DNA of 64,000 nucleotides from an uncultured Planctomycetia bacterium (lineage in GTDB: Bacteria; Omnitrophota; Gorgyraeia; Tantalellales; Tantalellaceae): the NCBI GenBank assembly GCA_964409365.1, contig CAYPCX010000009.1, forward strand, positions 10,390 through 74,389, given 5' to 3'. Below are positions 19,780 through 29,763 of the stretch, piece after piece; the stretch's first letter is position 1, and every line of letters starts with the position of its first letter. The notes beneath the pieces are model-generated. The model ran no database searches. It worked only from the letters and a program-made list of their open reading frames with translations, and was not told where the DNA came from. Position numbers and translations under genes: made by a program.

Positions 19780-20238
19780 ATGCAGAAAAGCAAAGGGGTG
19801 GCCTTTTTCGGCGTCGCGATCATAGTGCTCGGCGTGTATAACCTGATAGGCATAGGCAATTACAGGCAGTTCGCGCTGATGTTCAAGGGGCTCAGCAATC
19901 TCGTGTCGATATCAGCTTACGTTTTTACCATACTTTACGGTGTGTGCGGCATATATTGCGGCATAAAAATACTGCGCCTCGAGGATTGGGCGAGGAGAGC
20001 CATAATATGGCTGACAGTGGTCAGCGTCATAAGCGGGCTCGGGCTGAACAGGCCGGTCATGTCCAATTTCAGGGAAATGCTCTTCTCGGGCCAGCTGGGC
20101 GTCGAGCCGGACATGATGAGTCCGGTCTACAGGTACGCCATCGCGTTCACGGCTTTGGTGACCCTGTTCGAAATGTCAGTGATCTTCTTTTTTACCCGTC
20201 CGGGTGTCGTCAAGCAGTTCCGCCCCGAAAGCTCTTAA
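19780..20238 (+). CDS. Hypothetical membrane protein (about 4 TM)
   Basis: Hydrophobic helices; GAGGGG RBS; in line with neighbouring genes. Confidence 0.7.
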   Translation: MQKSKGVAFFGVAIIVLGVYNLIGIGNYRQFALMFKGLSNLVSISAYVFTILYGVCGIYCGIKILRLEDWARRAIIWLTVVSVISGLGLNRPVMSNFREMLFSGQLGVEPDMMSPVYRYAIAFTALVTLFEMSVIFFFTRPGVVKQFRPESS

Positions 20239-20248
20239 TAAACGGATC

Positions 20249-22306
20249 ATGAAAAAATACGTTTTACACGAACCTACCGGCAAGGTAGAGACGCATATCG
20301 ATTTCAAGGGCAACCTTAACCCCCAGCAATACGAGGTGGTGACCGGTTCGGAAGGGCCGTGCCTGGTGCTCGCCGGGGCCGGGAGCGGCAAAACGCGCAC
20401 GCTTATATATCGCCTGGCGTATCTCCTGGAACGCGGTGTGCCCGCGAAGAACATCATCCTCATGACGTTCACCAACAAGGCCTCGCGGGAGATGCGGGAC
20501 AGGACGGAGATGCTCCTGCGCTATACTCCCAAGGGGTTGTGGAGCGGCACTTTTCACCACGTGGGCAACCGCTCTCTCAGGATGTTCGCTTCCCAGGTAG
20601 GGTTCAAGAGGGATTTCGGCATACTTGACCAGCAGGATTCGCGTGACCTTATAAAGGCCTGTATGAAAAAGCAGAGCAAGAGGGTCAAGGAGGAGAGGTT
20701 CCCGAAACCTTCCGTTGTCCAGTCGATAATAAGTTTCAGCGCAAATACCAAGAACTCGATCGAGGAGGTCCTGGACGAAAAGTATCCTTATTTTTTGAAG
20801 TTCACCGGGGACATAGAGGAGATCAGACAGATCTACGATAAAAAGAAAAAAGATTCCAACAATATGGATTACGATGATCTCCTCGTGAGGTGGAAGTGGC
20901 TCCTGGAGAACGTGCCGCAGGCAAAACGCAGGTTCACCGAGCAGTTCAGGTACATACTGGTCGATGAATACCAGGATACGAACTTCATCCAGGCGGATAT
21001 CATAGATATCTTAGCCGGGCACCACAGGAACGTGCTGGTAGTGGGTGACGACGCCCAGGCCATTTATTCGTTCCGCGGGGCACGCGTGGATAACATACTC
21101 AAGTTCCCGGACAGGTTCTCCGACGCCAGGATCTTCAAGCTGGAGACGAACTATCGTTCCACACCCGAAGTATTGGCGCTGGCCAACGATTCCCTGAAAA
21201 ATAACGTGAACCAGTTCTATAAGGAACTCAAAGCCGTTAACCCCTCTCTTGAAAAGCCCGCTCTCGTTGAGGTAAAGGACCTTTACGCCCAGGGGAATTT
21301 CGTGGCGCAGAGGGTGCTCGAGCTGAGGGAGGAAGGGATCGAGCTGGATAAGATAGCGGTCCTTTTCAGGGCGCACTACCAGTCCGCGGAGCTCCAGATG
21401 GAACTTGTAAAGAGGGGTATCCCTTACGTTGTGCGCGGCGGTATAAGGTTCTTCGAACAGTCGCATATAAAGGACGTCCTCTCTTACATGAAGATAATAG
21501 CCAACCCCACTGATGAAATATCGTGGATCAGGGCGCTGACACTCAGCCCGGGGATAGGCCCGGGATATGCCGAGAGGATATTTGACGCATTTCTCAAGTC
21601 AGGCGCGGATCTTGCCGCCTTCGTGAAAGCGGACATGTCCGGTATTATTCCCAAAAAGGCGGAAAGCGGATACGAAAGGTTCAGGAAAGTGATGGAGTCG
21701 GTCGCGCGCGAAGGTTCCAACGCCTCGCCCGGCGAGGTTATACAGATAATAATGGAGGCGGGATACGAGACCCACGTACTGGCGAATTTTGAGAACGCCA
21801 AAGACAGGATAGACGATATACGCGAGCTTGTAAACTTTTCACACGATTATGTGTCGCTTAACGATTTTCTGAACGATATAACTTTAAGGGAAAGCTTCCG
21901 CGGTGAGACCGTGCTGGAGACGGCGGAGGAGGACGAACAGCTGGTCCTTTCGACGATACACCAGGCTAAAGGTTTGGAGTGGGACGCCGTGATGGTAATA
22001 GGCCTTTGCGAAGGCCAGTTCCCGCACCCCAAGGCCCTGAAGGAAGACTCCGAGATGGAAGAGGAGAGGCGTCTTTTCTATGTTTCGGTGACCCGCGCGA
22101 AACAGTACCTGTATCTCGTTCATCCGGCGACGCGGTATGACTACCAGATGGGCCTGGTAGTAGCAAGGCGAAGCCGTTTCCTTGAGGAAATAGCGAGCGA
22201 CAATTACGAGGTGTGGGAAGTCGACTCATCATCGACCTCCGATAGCGAAAGCGGGCTTGGTAAATTTGATGACGATGACGATGTGGAGATCGTTATTGAT
22301 CTGTGA
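20249..22306 (+). CDS. UvrD/PcrA family ATP-dependent DNA helicase
   Basis: LAGAGSGKT, TFTNKA, VDEYQD, GDDAQAIYSFRGA, NYRS, STIHQAKGLEW, EERRLFYV. Confidence 0.95.
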   Translation: MKKYVLHEPTGKVETHIDFKGNLNPQQYEVVTGSEGPCLVLAGAGSGKTRTLIYRLAYLLERGVPAKNIILMTFTNKASREMRDRTEMLLRYTPKGLWSGTFHHVGNRSLRMFASQVGFKRDFGILDQQDSRDLIKACMKKQSKRVKEERFPKPSVVQSIISFSANTKNSIEEVLDEKYPYFLKFTGDIEEIRQIYDKKKKDSNNMDYDDLLVRWKWLLENVPQAKRRFTEQFRYILVDEYQDTNFIQADIIDILAGHHRNVLVVGDDAQAIYSFRGARVDNILKFPDRFSDARIFKLETNYRSTPEVLALANDSLKNNVNQFYKELKAVNPSLEKPALVEVKDLYAQGNFVAQRVLELREEGIELDKIAVLFRAHYQSAELQMELVKRGIPYVVRGGIRFFEQSHIKDVLSYMKIIANPTDEISWIRALTLSPGIGPGYAERIFDAFLKSGADLAAFVKADMSGIIPKKAESGYERFRKVMESVAREGSNASPGEVIQIIMEAGYETHVLANFENAKDRIDDIRELVNFSHDYVSLNDFLNDITLRESFRGETVLETAEEDEQLVLSTIHQAKGLEWDAVMVIGLCEGQFPHPKALKEDSEMEEERRLFYVSVTRAKQYLYLVHPATRYDYQMGLVVARRSRFLEEIASDNYEVWEVDSSSTSDSESGLGKFDDDDDVEIVIDL

Positions 22307-22313
22307 GGAAAGT

Positions 22314-22730
22314 ATGGAAAGACAGTTTTCCGCCGGTGGCATAGTGATAAAAACAGAAGAAGGACGCTCCTGGGTGCTTCTCATCAAGGACAGCTACGGT
22401 CACTGGATCTGGCCCAAGGGGCATATAGAGCAGGGTGAGACCCCGGAAGAGACGGCTATAAGGGAAGTCTCTGAGGAGACTGGCCTGAAAAGCCTTCAGA
22501 TAGTTGAAAGAATAGGCAAACAGGAGTACGGGTTTTTTCTCGAAGGCAAACATATATTCAAGACGGTCTGCGTTTTCCTGATAAAAGCCGAGCCCCGGGA
22601 AGAGATCTCCGTGCAGAAGTCCGAGATAGCGGAGGGCTGCTGGTTCAGCCCGGAAGAAGCATTGAAAACTATAGAATACGAAGGGTCGCGGAACTTGCTT
22701 AAGAAGGCCATTGACCTATGGAACAAATAA
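22314..22730 (+). CDS. NUDIX hydrolase (Ap4A hydrolase-like)
   Basis: Nudix box PKGHIEQGETPEETAIREVSEETG. Confidence 0.9.
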   Translation: MERQFSAGGIVIKTEEGRSWVLLIKDSYGHWIWPKGHIEQGETPEETAIREVSEETGLKSLQIVERIGKQEYGFFLEGKHIFKTVCVFLIKAEPREEISVQKSEIAEGCWFSPEEALKTIEYEGSRNLLKKAIDLWNK

Positions 22731-23341
22731 AGAGTATATTTTTTGATCTTGGCAACGTCGTTGTGAAATTGAGACCCGAAGCGCTGGAGGAAGGCTACAA
22801 AAGTTGCTGTAAGCTGGAAAAGGGCGCCTTTATCGATTTTATCACCGACATGGATTCAAGAGACATAAACCAGTACATGGAAGGCAAGATCACGTCTTCC
22901 CAGTTCTATAACCGGACCCGCCGCCGCTTTAAGATGGACATTTCCTTCCCGGATTTTTACCGCGTCTGGAACAGCATGTTCGACCATTACCCGGAGGTGG
23001 AAGAGATAATAAGGACGATCAAGAAGAAATACCCCGAGGTCAAGTTGATCCTGGTTTCCAACACCAACGAAGCGCATTATGAATATATAAAAGGTCAATT
23101 TAAGATACTTGAGCTTTTTGACGCCTGCGTGGTCTCTCACGAACATGGCAGGCAAAAACCCGTTCCCAGCATATTCAATGAAGCCATGCGCCTTTCCGGC
23201 AGCATGCCCAAGACCACTTTCTACACCGACGACCGTCTCGATCTTATTGAAGCGGCAAGAGTTATGGGTTTTCGAGCTTTCCAGTTCGTGGGGCATGAAG
23301 AGCTCCGCGCCCAGCTCGCCAAATGCGGCCTCCCCCTCTAA
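22718..23341 (+). CDS. HAD superfamily hydrolase (YihX-like)
   Basis: FFDLGNV, SNTN, QKP, YTDD motifs. Confidence 0.88.
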   Translation: MEQIKSIFFDLGNVVVKLRPEALEEGYKSCCKLEKGAFIDFITDMDSRDINQYMEGKITSSQFYNRTRRRFKMDISFPDFYRVWNSMFDHYPEVEEIIRTIKKKYPEVKLILVSNTNEAHYEYIKGQFKILELFDACVVSHEHGRQKPVPSIFNEAMRLSGSMPKTTFYTDDRLDLIEAARVMGFRAFQFVGHEELRAQLAKCGLPL

Positions 23342-23344
23342 CTT

Positions 23345-23371
23345 AACCCCCGGGATTCAACCCCCGGGGTT
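23345..23371. terminator. GC-rich hairpin between convergent genes
   Basis: AACCCCCGGG-ATTCAACC-CCCGGGGTT, imperfect stem. Confidence 0.45.
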
Positions 23372-23395
23372 GGATAATGGTGGAAGGGGTCGGGT

Positions 23396-24292
23396 TTATT
23401 CCGTGTACCCCATCTCTCTCAAGGCATCGGGGTCTTTCTTCCACTTTTCCTTCACCTTGACCCAGAGGTCGAGATACACGTGGCGCTGGAGGAGTTTCTC
23501 GATGTCGGCGCGCGCCATTTTACCTATTTTTTTCATCATCGCGCCTTTTTTGCCGATAAGGATGGATTTCTGTGATGTGCGTTCCACAAAGACGGTCGCG
23601 TAGATCATGAGGACATTGCGCTCTTTGTCTTCCTTCATATCGTCTATCACTACCGCGACGGCGTGGGGTATCTCTTCGTAAGTCTCGTTCAGGACCTTTT
23701 CCCTGATGATCTCGGCCATCATGAAACGTTCGCTTTTGTCCGTCAGCTCGTCCTCGGGATACATGAAAGGCCCTTCGGGGAGATACGTTTTAATGATCCC
23801 GAGAAGCTTGTCGAGGTCGGCCTGCTTGAGCGCGCACATGGGGATGATCTCGTCGAACGGGTAGGCTTCCCGCGCTTTCTGCATGATGGGAAGGAGGAGT
23901 TTCTTGTCTTTGACCTTATCGGCCTTGTTGATGATAAAAATGACCTTTTTGTCCTTTTTCGGGTCCGGCAGGCGTGCCAGGATGTTCTTGTCGTCCGCGT
24001 TGAACGCGTTCCTTTTCTCGGTTATGAACAGGATGATATCCGCTTCCATGAGGGTGGACTGCGCCCGCGTGAGCATGAGCTTTCCCAGGAGGTCATGGGG
24101 TTTGTGTATCCCGGGGGTATCGACAAAGACGATCTGCGAGTCCCCTTCGGAAAGGATGCCGCGTATGTTGTCCCGGGTGGTCTCGGGCTTCTTGCTGATT
24201 ATGGCGACCTTCTCCTTCAGAAGCCCGTTCAGAATAGTGGATTTCCCCACGTTAGGTTGGCCCGATATGGCTACGAATCCTGATTTAGGCAT
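23396..24292 (-). CDS. era: GTPase Era
   Basis: GQPNVGKST, ETTR, DTPG, NKAD, KH domain with ILIGKKG. Confidence 0.97.
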   Translation of the reverse strand: MPKSGFVAISGQPNVGKSTILNGLLKEKVAIISKKPETTRDNIRGILSEGDSQIVFVDTPGIHKPHDLLGKLMLTRAQSTLMEADIILFITEKRNAFNADDKNILARLPDPKKDKKVIFIINKADKVKDKKLLLPIMQKAREAYPFDEIIPMCALKQADLDKLLGIIKTYLPEGPFMYPEDELTDKSERFMMAEIIREKVLNETYEEIPHAVAVVIDDMKEDKERNVLMIYATVFVERTSQKSILIGKKGAMMKKIGKMARADIEKLLQRHVYLDLWVKVKEKWKKDPDALREMGYTE

Positions 24293-24395
24293 GGCAGAAC
24301 AATTATATCACATAAAAAGGTGTTGGCAATTTGTGTTTTAGGCGTATAATAATAATTTAAGCGGCGCATATTATAAATAATAACGGTTGATACTT

Positions 24396-25769
24396 ATGGC
24401 GCAGAAAAAAAATCCCGCAAAAAAGAGAGAACCGACCTTTGAGGACAGGGTCCGTAAGCTCGCAGGTCTTCTTGAGGATTCCCGCCGTTCTGAGCTCCGG
24501 GCCCTTCTCGGGGAAATGGAGCCGGAGGATATAGCGGAAATCCTGGGGGAATTCTCTGTCGACGATAAGCTTATCATATTCAATTCCCTTGACGTTGGGA
24601 AAGCGGCCGTGGTCCTTGACGATACCGACTCCCCGACGCGTCTCCAGATCCTGCAGAAGCTCGACAGCGACAAGCTGGCGAAGATACTCGATGAGATGCC
24701 CGTCGACGAGGCGGCCGACGTGGTCGAAGAGGTCCCCGAAGAAGAACGCGAAGACATTCTCGATCTCATGGAAAAAGAGGACGCCGAAGAGGTCGAGGAG
24801 ATACTCAGTTATCCCGAGGACACCGCCGCGCGCGTCATGAACCCCGACTTCGTCTACGTCAGGGAAGAGAACGACGTAGAGGACGCGATAAGCCACATAA
24901 GGAGCCTGGAAATCGAGGGTGAGATATTCTACGTATATGTCGTTGACGACGAAATGAGACTTCGGGGGATAGTCCCGATAAGAAAGCTGCTTACCGCGCC
25001 CAAAGGCACGCTTATACACAGCATAATGGAGACGAAGGATATCCACTCGATCCTTGTGGACAAGGACCGGGAAGAAGCCGCGCTGATGATCAAAAAGTAT
25101 GACCTCACGTCCCTCCCCGTCGTGGACCACGAGGGAAAACTAGTGGGCCGGATCACCGTTGATGATATCATAGACGTCATAGACGAGGAAATGGCCGAAG
25201 ATATAAGCAGGATGACGGGGACTATCGAGGAGGAGCACGGCACCGAAACCACGATGAAGGCGACGCAGAACCGGCTTCCCTGGCTGATAACGTGCATGCT
25301 GGGAAGCATCATAACGGGGCTCGTGATACAGATGTTCGAGGTGACGCTCGAGGAGACCATCGCTCTTGTGTCGTTCATCCCCGTTATTACCGCTACGGGC
25401 GGGAACAGCGGCGTCCAGGCGTCCACCGTAGTTGTGCGGGGGATAGCCCTCGGGCACCTGGACCTCACAAAAATAGGCGAAGAGGTATGGAGGCAGCTCA
25501 AGATAGCGATAACCCTGGGGCTTGTCTGCGGCATAGTGCTTACGGCCCTGGCCAATTTCTGGAAAAGGAACAGCGTCGTGGGTATGATAGTGGGGCTTTC
25601 GATACTCCTGGTAGTGATATGGTCGAATATCACGGGCGTAGTGATACCCATGACGTTCAAGAAGCTCCGCATAGACCCGGCTATAGCGTCCGGGCCGCTT
25701 ATAACCACGATGAACGACGTAGTGGGAGTATTCATATATCTCAGTGTGGCGTCGGTATTCCTGGCTTGA
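24396..25769 (+). CDS. mgtE: Magnesium transporter MgtE
   Basis: Acidic N domain, CBS pair, TM domain with GGNSGVQAS and DPAIASGPLITTMNDV. Confidence 0.95.
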   Translation: MAQKKNPAKKREPTFEDRVRKLAGLLEDSRRSELRALLGEMEPEDIAEILGEFSVDDKLIIFNSLDVGKAAVVLDDTDSPTRLQILQKLDSDKLAKILDEMPVDEAADVVEEVPEEEREDILDLMEKEDAEEVEEILSYPEDTAARVMNPDFVYVREENDVEDAISHIRSLEIEGEIFYVYVVDDEMRLRGIVPIRKLLTAPKGTLIHSIMETKDIHSILVDKDREEAALMIKKYDLTSLPVVDHEGKLVGRITVDDIIDVIDEEMAEDISRMTGTIEEEHGTETTMKATQNRLPWLITCMLGSIITGLVIQMFEVTLEETIALVSFIPVITATGGNSGVQASTVVVRGIALGHLDLTKIGEEVWRQLKIAITLGLVCGIVLTALANFWKRNSVVGMIVGLSILLVVIWSNITGVVIPMTFKKLRIDPAIASGPLITTMNDVVGVFIYLSVASVFLA

Positions 25770-25777
25770 AGCGCGTG

Positions 25778-25807
25778 TTGACACTTTTAAAAAGGTTGTG
25801 ATATACT
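25778..25807 (+). promoter_or_regulatory. Putative sigma70 promoter with extended -10
   Basis: TTGACA-18 bp-TATACT with TG-n before the -10. Confidence 0.6.
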
Positions 25808-25832
25808 CGGATTTCATTAAAGGAGGTTAAAG

Positions 25833-26027
25833 ATGGGTAAAGTGTTGAGCCTTTTGATAGGCGCGATCGTGGCGATCGTAGGACTTATACTTCTTATCGC
25901 GTGGTGGTACGAACTTCTGTTCGTCCTCAGGGGGGTCATCCCGGCTATCCTTATACTGGGCGGTGTCATAGCCGTTATAGCCGGTTTCAGCGAACTCAAG
26001 GACGTCCTGAAGAGTAAAGGTGAATAG
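25833..26027 (+). CDS. Small two-TM membrane protein
   Basis: RBS AAGGAGG; two hydrophobic helices. Confidence 0.75.
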   Translation: MGKVLSLLIGAIVAIVGLILLIAWWYELLFVLRGVIPAILILGGVIAVIAGFSELKDVLKSKGE

Positions 26028-26082
26028 TTCCCGGTTCTTTGCCCGGGCCGGTTTTATTATCCGAGATCAGAGGAGACCCGGT

Positions 26083-26658
26083 ATGTCCCTGTATTTTAGA
26101 ACCCTGCTGATCGTGTTGGTCCTTATCACTTCCTTTTTGTGCCAGGGGTGCGTGAAGGACAGGGCCGAAATGGAGAAAGAGATACTCGGCCACGACCCGT
26201 CTTTCCAGAAAGATCTGGATAAGCGGAATACGGTCCAGAAGGAGATCGCCTCGCTGGAGGCGGCTTACCGCCAGACGTGCATGAAGATAGACGAGGAGAT
26301 AACCGCTCTTAAAGAAAAAAAGACGCAGGTAAAGAACGAGTACCTTACCTCTCTGGATAAGCTTAAGCGGCAGGTAAACCCGGAGGTAAGGGAGCTGCAG
26401 CGCAACCTTCTGGACATGCAGCGCGATCACAAGCGGCAGAAAGAAGAGCTTGGCGACATCGACAGGGACATAAAAGAGATCAACTCCCTGATCAACAAAA
26501 AGGACCAGCTCGTGCTGACACAGGAGGAGGTAAAGACCTGGAACGAGCGGCTTGCTTCCCTGGCGGAGAAAAAGTCCGCGGCAGATTCCGAGATCGAACG
26601 TCTCGCGAAAGAGATCGAGATAACGAAGCTAAAAATAAAAGTATTGAGTATCAAGTAA
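26083..26658 (+). CDS. Putative coiled-coil lipoprotein
   Basis: RBS GAGGAG; signal peptide with lipobox-like CQGC; E/K/L-rich helical body. Confidence 0.7.
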   Translation: MSLYFRTLLIVLVLITSFLCQGCVKDRAEMEKEILGHDPSFQKDLDKRNTVQKEIASLEAAYRQTCMKIDEEITALKEKKTQVKNEYLTSLDKLKRQVNPEVRELQRNLLDMQRDHKRQKEELGDIDRDIKEINSLINKKDQLVLTQEEVKTWNERLASLAEKKSAADSEIERLAKEIEITKLKIKVLSIK

Positions 26659-26757
26659 TAAGTATCGAGTATTGAGTGTTGAGTTGTTAGTTATGAGTTG
26701 TACGACTAAAAACTAAGAACTAAAAACTAACAACTAAGATTTAACATCAAACATCTG
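26641..26757. repeat. Heptamer array with inverted arms (AGTATYR/AGTTRTK ... AACTAAV)
   Basis: Overlaps the last codons of the upstream gene; hairpin centred on GTAC at 26700-26703. Confidence 0.85.
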
Positions 26758-26759
26758 AT

Positions 26760-28343
26760 ATGATAGTTAAACGAGCGTTGATAAGTGTTTCCGACAAGAC
26801 CGGCCTGGAGGACTTCGTCAAGGGGCTGGACCGCCTGGGCGTTGAGATAATGTCCACGGGCGGAACGGCTAAAGCGATAACTTCGTTCGGGATCAAAGTC
26901 CTCGAGGTATCTTCCTATACCGGTTTTCCCGAGATGATGGACGGCAGGGTAAAGACCCTTCATCCCAAGATACACGCCGGTCTTCTTGCCCTCAGGGAGA
27001 ATAAAGAGCACATGCGGCAGATGGAGAAGCAGGGAATAGTACCTATCGATATGGTCGTGGTCAATCTTTATCCTTTCGAGAGGACCGTCGCCAAGAGCGG
27101 TGTTACCCTGGAAGAGGCCATAGAGAACATAGATATCGGCGGGCCGACGATGCTGAGAAGCGCCGCCAAGAACTACCGGTCGGTGGGGGTGGTGAGCTCC
27201 CCCGGGCAGTATGCTCCGGTGCTTGACGAGCTTGAAAAAAGCGGGGGCCAGCTTTCGGGAGGAACACTCAAAGGCCTTGCCGCCGAGGTCTTCAGGAAGA
27301 CGTCGGGTTATGACGGAGCTATAGCGGAGTATTTATCCAAAGAAAGTGTCAAAGTGTCTGAGGGTCAAGGTGTCAAAGAGAGAGAGGGACTTCCGGACGA
27401 GATCGACATCAAGCTCAGGAAGGTAAAACAGCTCAGGTACGGCGAGAACCCGCACCAGCGCGGGGCTTTTTACACGGATGCCTCCGGGTCTCCCCGCGGT
27501 CTTACCGCGGCAGAGCAGCTGCAGGGTAAAGAACTTTCCTTCAACAATATAATGGACCTGAATGCCGCCCTTGAGATAGTCGCGGGTTTCAAAACGCCCG
27601 CTGTAAGTATAATAAAACACGCCAACCCCTGCGGGGCGGCTACGGCGGACGACCTTAAAAAGGCGTATCTGGACGCGCTTGACTGCGACCGTTTGAGCGC
27701 TTTCGGCAGTGTCGTCGGCTTTAACGGTGCTATAGACGGCAGCCTTGCCGGTATGATACTTAACGAGGCGGATTTCGTGGAATGTATGATCGCTCCGGAT
27801 TACGCGGACGGCGCTCTTGACGTTTTCGGTAAGAAGAAAAATTTGAGGATTTTACGGCTCCCGTTCGCGGGATGCATCACCGAAGAAAAGATGGACTTCA
27901 AGAAGATACCGGGAGGGGCCCTGGTCCAGGACAGGGATATGGATGATGTCGCTTCCTCGGCGTTGAAGGTCGTCACGAAGAAAAAGCCGTCGGGCGAACT
28001 TCTGGATTCGCTGATGTTCGGCTGGAAGATAGTCAAGTTCGTCAAAAGCAACGCCATAGTGCTGTGCCAGGGGACCAGAACGGTCGGTATCGGGGCCGGG
28101 CAGATGTCACGCGTGGATTCGGTGACGGTCGCCGTGAATAAAGCCGGTAAAAGGGCGAAAGGCGCCGTCCTGGCCAGCGACGCGTTCTTCCCGAAACCGG
28201 ATTCCATAGAAGAGGCCCACAGGGCCGGAATAGCCGCTATAATACAGCCCGGCGGGTCCATCCGCGACGAAGAAGTGATCGCGGCATGCGACAAGTTCGG
28301 CATACCCATGGTGTTCACGGGTTTCCGCCATTTCCGACATTGA
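26760..28343 (+). CDS. purH: Bifunctional AICAR transformylase/IMP cyclohydrolase
   Basis: ALISVSDKTG, STGGTA, GRVKTLHP, LRYGENPHQ, GAGQMSRVDS, TGFRHFRH. Confidence 0.98.
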   Translation: MIVKRALISVSDKTGLEDFVKGLDRLGVEIMSTGGTAKAITSFGIKVLEVSSYTGFPEMMDGRVKTLHPKIHAGLLALRENKEHMRQMEKQGIVPIDMVVVNLYPFERTVAKSGVTLEEAIENIDIGGPTMLRSAAKNYRSVGVVSSPGQYAPVLDELEKSGGQLSGGTLKGLAAEVFRKTSGYDGAIAEYLSKESVKVSEGQGVKEREGLPDEIDIKLRKVKQLRYGENPHQRGAFYTDASGSPRGLTAAEQLQGKELSFNNIMDLNAALEIVAGFKTPAVSIIKHANPCGAATADDLKKAYLDALDCDRLSAFGSVVGFNGAIDGSLAGMILNEADFVECMIAPDYADGALDVFGKKKNLRILRLPFAGCITEEKMDFKKIPGGALVQDRDMDDVASSALKVVTKKKPSGELLDSLMFGWKIVKFVKSNAIVLCQGTRTVGIGAGQMSRVDSVTVAVNKAGKRAKGAVLASDAFFPKPDSIEEAHRAGIAAIIQPGGSIRDEEVIAACDKFGIPMVFTGFRHFRH

Positions 28344-28372
28344 AGCCTGAAACTTGAGACCTGAGACCTGAA
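28341..28372. repeat. Heptamer array TGAGACC-type starting at the purH stop codon
   Basis: TGAAGCC TGAAACT TGAGACC TGAGACC TGAA fills the whole purH-folC gap. Confidence 0.7.
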
Positions 28373-28373
28373 T

Positions 28374-29678
28374 ATGCCAACCTACGAAGATACCCTGGAA
28401 TTTCTGGATTCTTTCGTCAATTTTGAGCATATCGGTCTGACCGCCCGCGATACCAATTTCGATCTGGGCAAGATAAGACGAGTGCTCAGGAAAATGGGCG
28501 ACCCCCAGCTGGATTACCGGTGCGTGCACATAGCCGGAACAAAGGGCAAGGGATCGGCCTCCGCTTTCCTATCCTCGATGCTGCGGGAATCAGGCTGTAA
28601 CGTCGGCCTTTACACTTCGCCCCATCTTACGTCGGTCCGTGAACGGATACGGGTGAACGGCCGTATGATCGGCAAAAGGGATCTTGTCAGTGTGGCCGAC
28701 CGCCTGCGGGAACATATGGACCCGGGGTTCAGTTATTTCGAAGCGTTTACTTTGATGGCGATATTGCATTTCAGCATGCAAAAAGTGGACCATGCCGTCT
28801 TTGAGGTCGGTCTCGGCGGCAGGCTGGACGCCACGAACGTGATCAACGCCGGTGTTTGCGGTATAAGTCCGATCAGCTATGACCATACCCACGTGCTGGG
28901 TAATACTATTGAAGAGATAGCCGGGGAGAAGGTGGCTATCATAAAGAGGAAAGCCAGATGCGTGAGTTCCCCGCAAAAACCCGCGGCGCTCGAGGTCATC
29001 AGGGAAAAATGCGAGAAAGAGAACGCTTCGCTGTCGGTAGTGGGAAAGGACATCACGTACGATATAAAACGGCTTGACGAAACGGGGAGTTGTTTCGATG
29101 TTTTCGGCAGATCGGGCGCGTATGAAGATTGCCTGACGAGGATGCCGGGAGATTTCCAGCCTTTGAACTGCGCTGTCGCGGTGGGTCTTTGTGAGGAGCT
29201 TCTGCAAGGCGCAAGTTTGGACGCGCGAAAAATAAAGAAGGGAATAGAGAAAGCCTTTTTGCCCGGAAGGCTGGAGATCATAGGCCGCGAGCCGCTTATC
29301 GTCATAGACGGGGCCCAGAACGGGGAAAGCGCCAGGCGCCTGAGGAGCTCTGTTGAACGGATCTTCGATCATGGCAGGCTTATACTTCTTCTGGGGATGT
29401 CTAAAGACAAGGACATCAAAAGCGTCTGCGAAGAACTGGCTCCCCTGGCGGACAGTGTGGTGCTTACGCGTGCCTCCATTGAGCGCGCCGCGGACCCCCT
29501 TCTGATAAGGGGTTACATCAAGGGAAAAAAAGTGACGGTAACGGGGGATACCAGGGAAGCCCTCGGCGCGGCGCTGAGCCGTGCCGGGAAGAACGATACA
29601 ATACTGGCAACAGGGTCTTTTTTCGTGATAGGCGAGATCAGGCGTATGATACTCGGAGACGGTAAGGGTAGATGTTAG
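28374..29678 (+). CDS. folC: Folylpolyglutamate synthase/dihydrofolate synthase
   Basis: HIAGTKGKGS, YTSPHL, EVGLGGRLDATN, PGRLE, TGSFF. Confidence 0.95.
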   Translation: MPTYEDTLEFLDSFVNFEHIGLTARDTNFDLGKIRRVLRKMGDPQLDYRCVHIAGTKGKGSASAFLSSMLRESGCNVGLYTSPHLTSVRERIRVNGRMIGKRDLVSVADRLREHMDPGFSYFEAFTLMAILHFSMQKVDHAVFEVGLGGRLDATNVINAGVCGISPISYDHTHVLGNTIEEIAGEKVAIIKRKARCVSSPQKPAALEVIREKCEKENASLSVVGKDITYDIKRLDETGSCFDVFGRSGAYEDCLTRMPGDFQPLNCAVAVGLCEELLQGASLDARKIKKGIEKAFLPGRLEIIGREPLIVIDGAQNGESARRLRSSVERIFDHGRLILLLGMSKDKDIKSVCEELAPLADSVVLTRASIERAADPLLIRGYIKGKKVTVTGDTREALGAALSRAGKNDTILATGSFFVIGEIRRMILGDGKGRC

Positions 29679-29752
29679 TTCTTAGTCGTACAACTCATAA
29701 CTAACAACTCAACACTTGATACTTTATCCTTTATCCTTGACACTTGATACTT
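29674..29752. repeat. Heptamer array; contains an exact reverse complement of 26675-26709
   Basis: TTAGTCGTACAACTCATAACTAACAACTCAACACT (29682-29716) followed by GATACTT/TATCCTT/GACACTT units. Confidence 0.85.
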
Positions 29753-29763
29753 TCATGAACAGT

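Noticed and set aside
29716-29763. N-terminal extension of mnmE
   Set aside because: Repeat-derived; the family begins at DTIAAIST.
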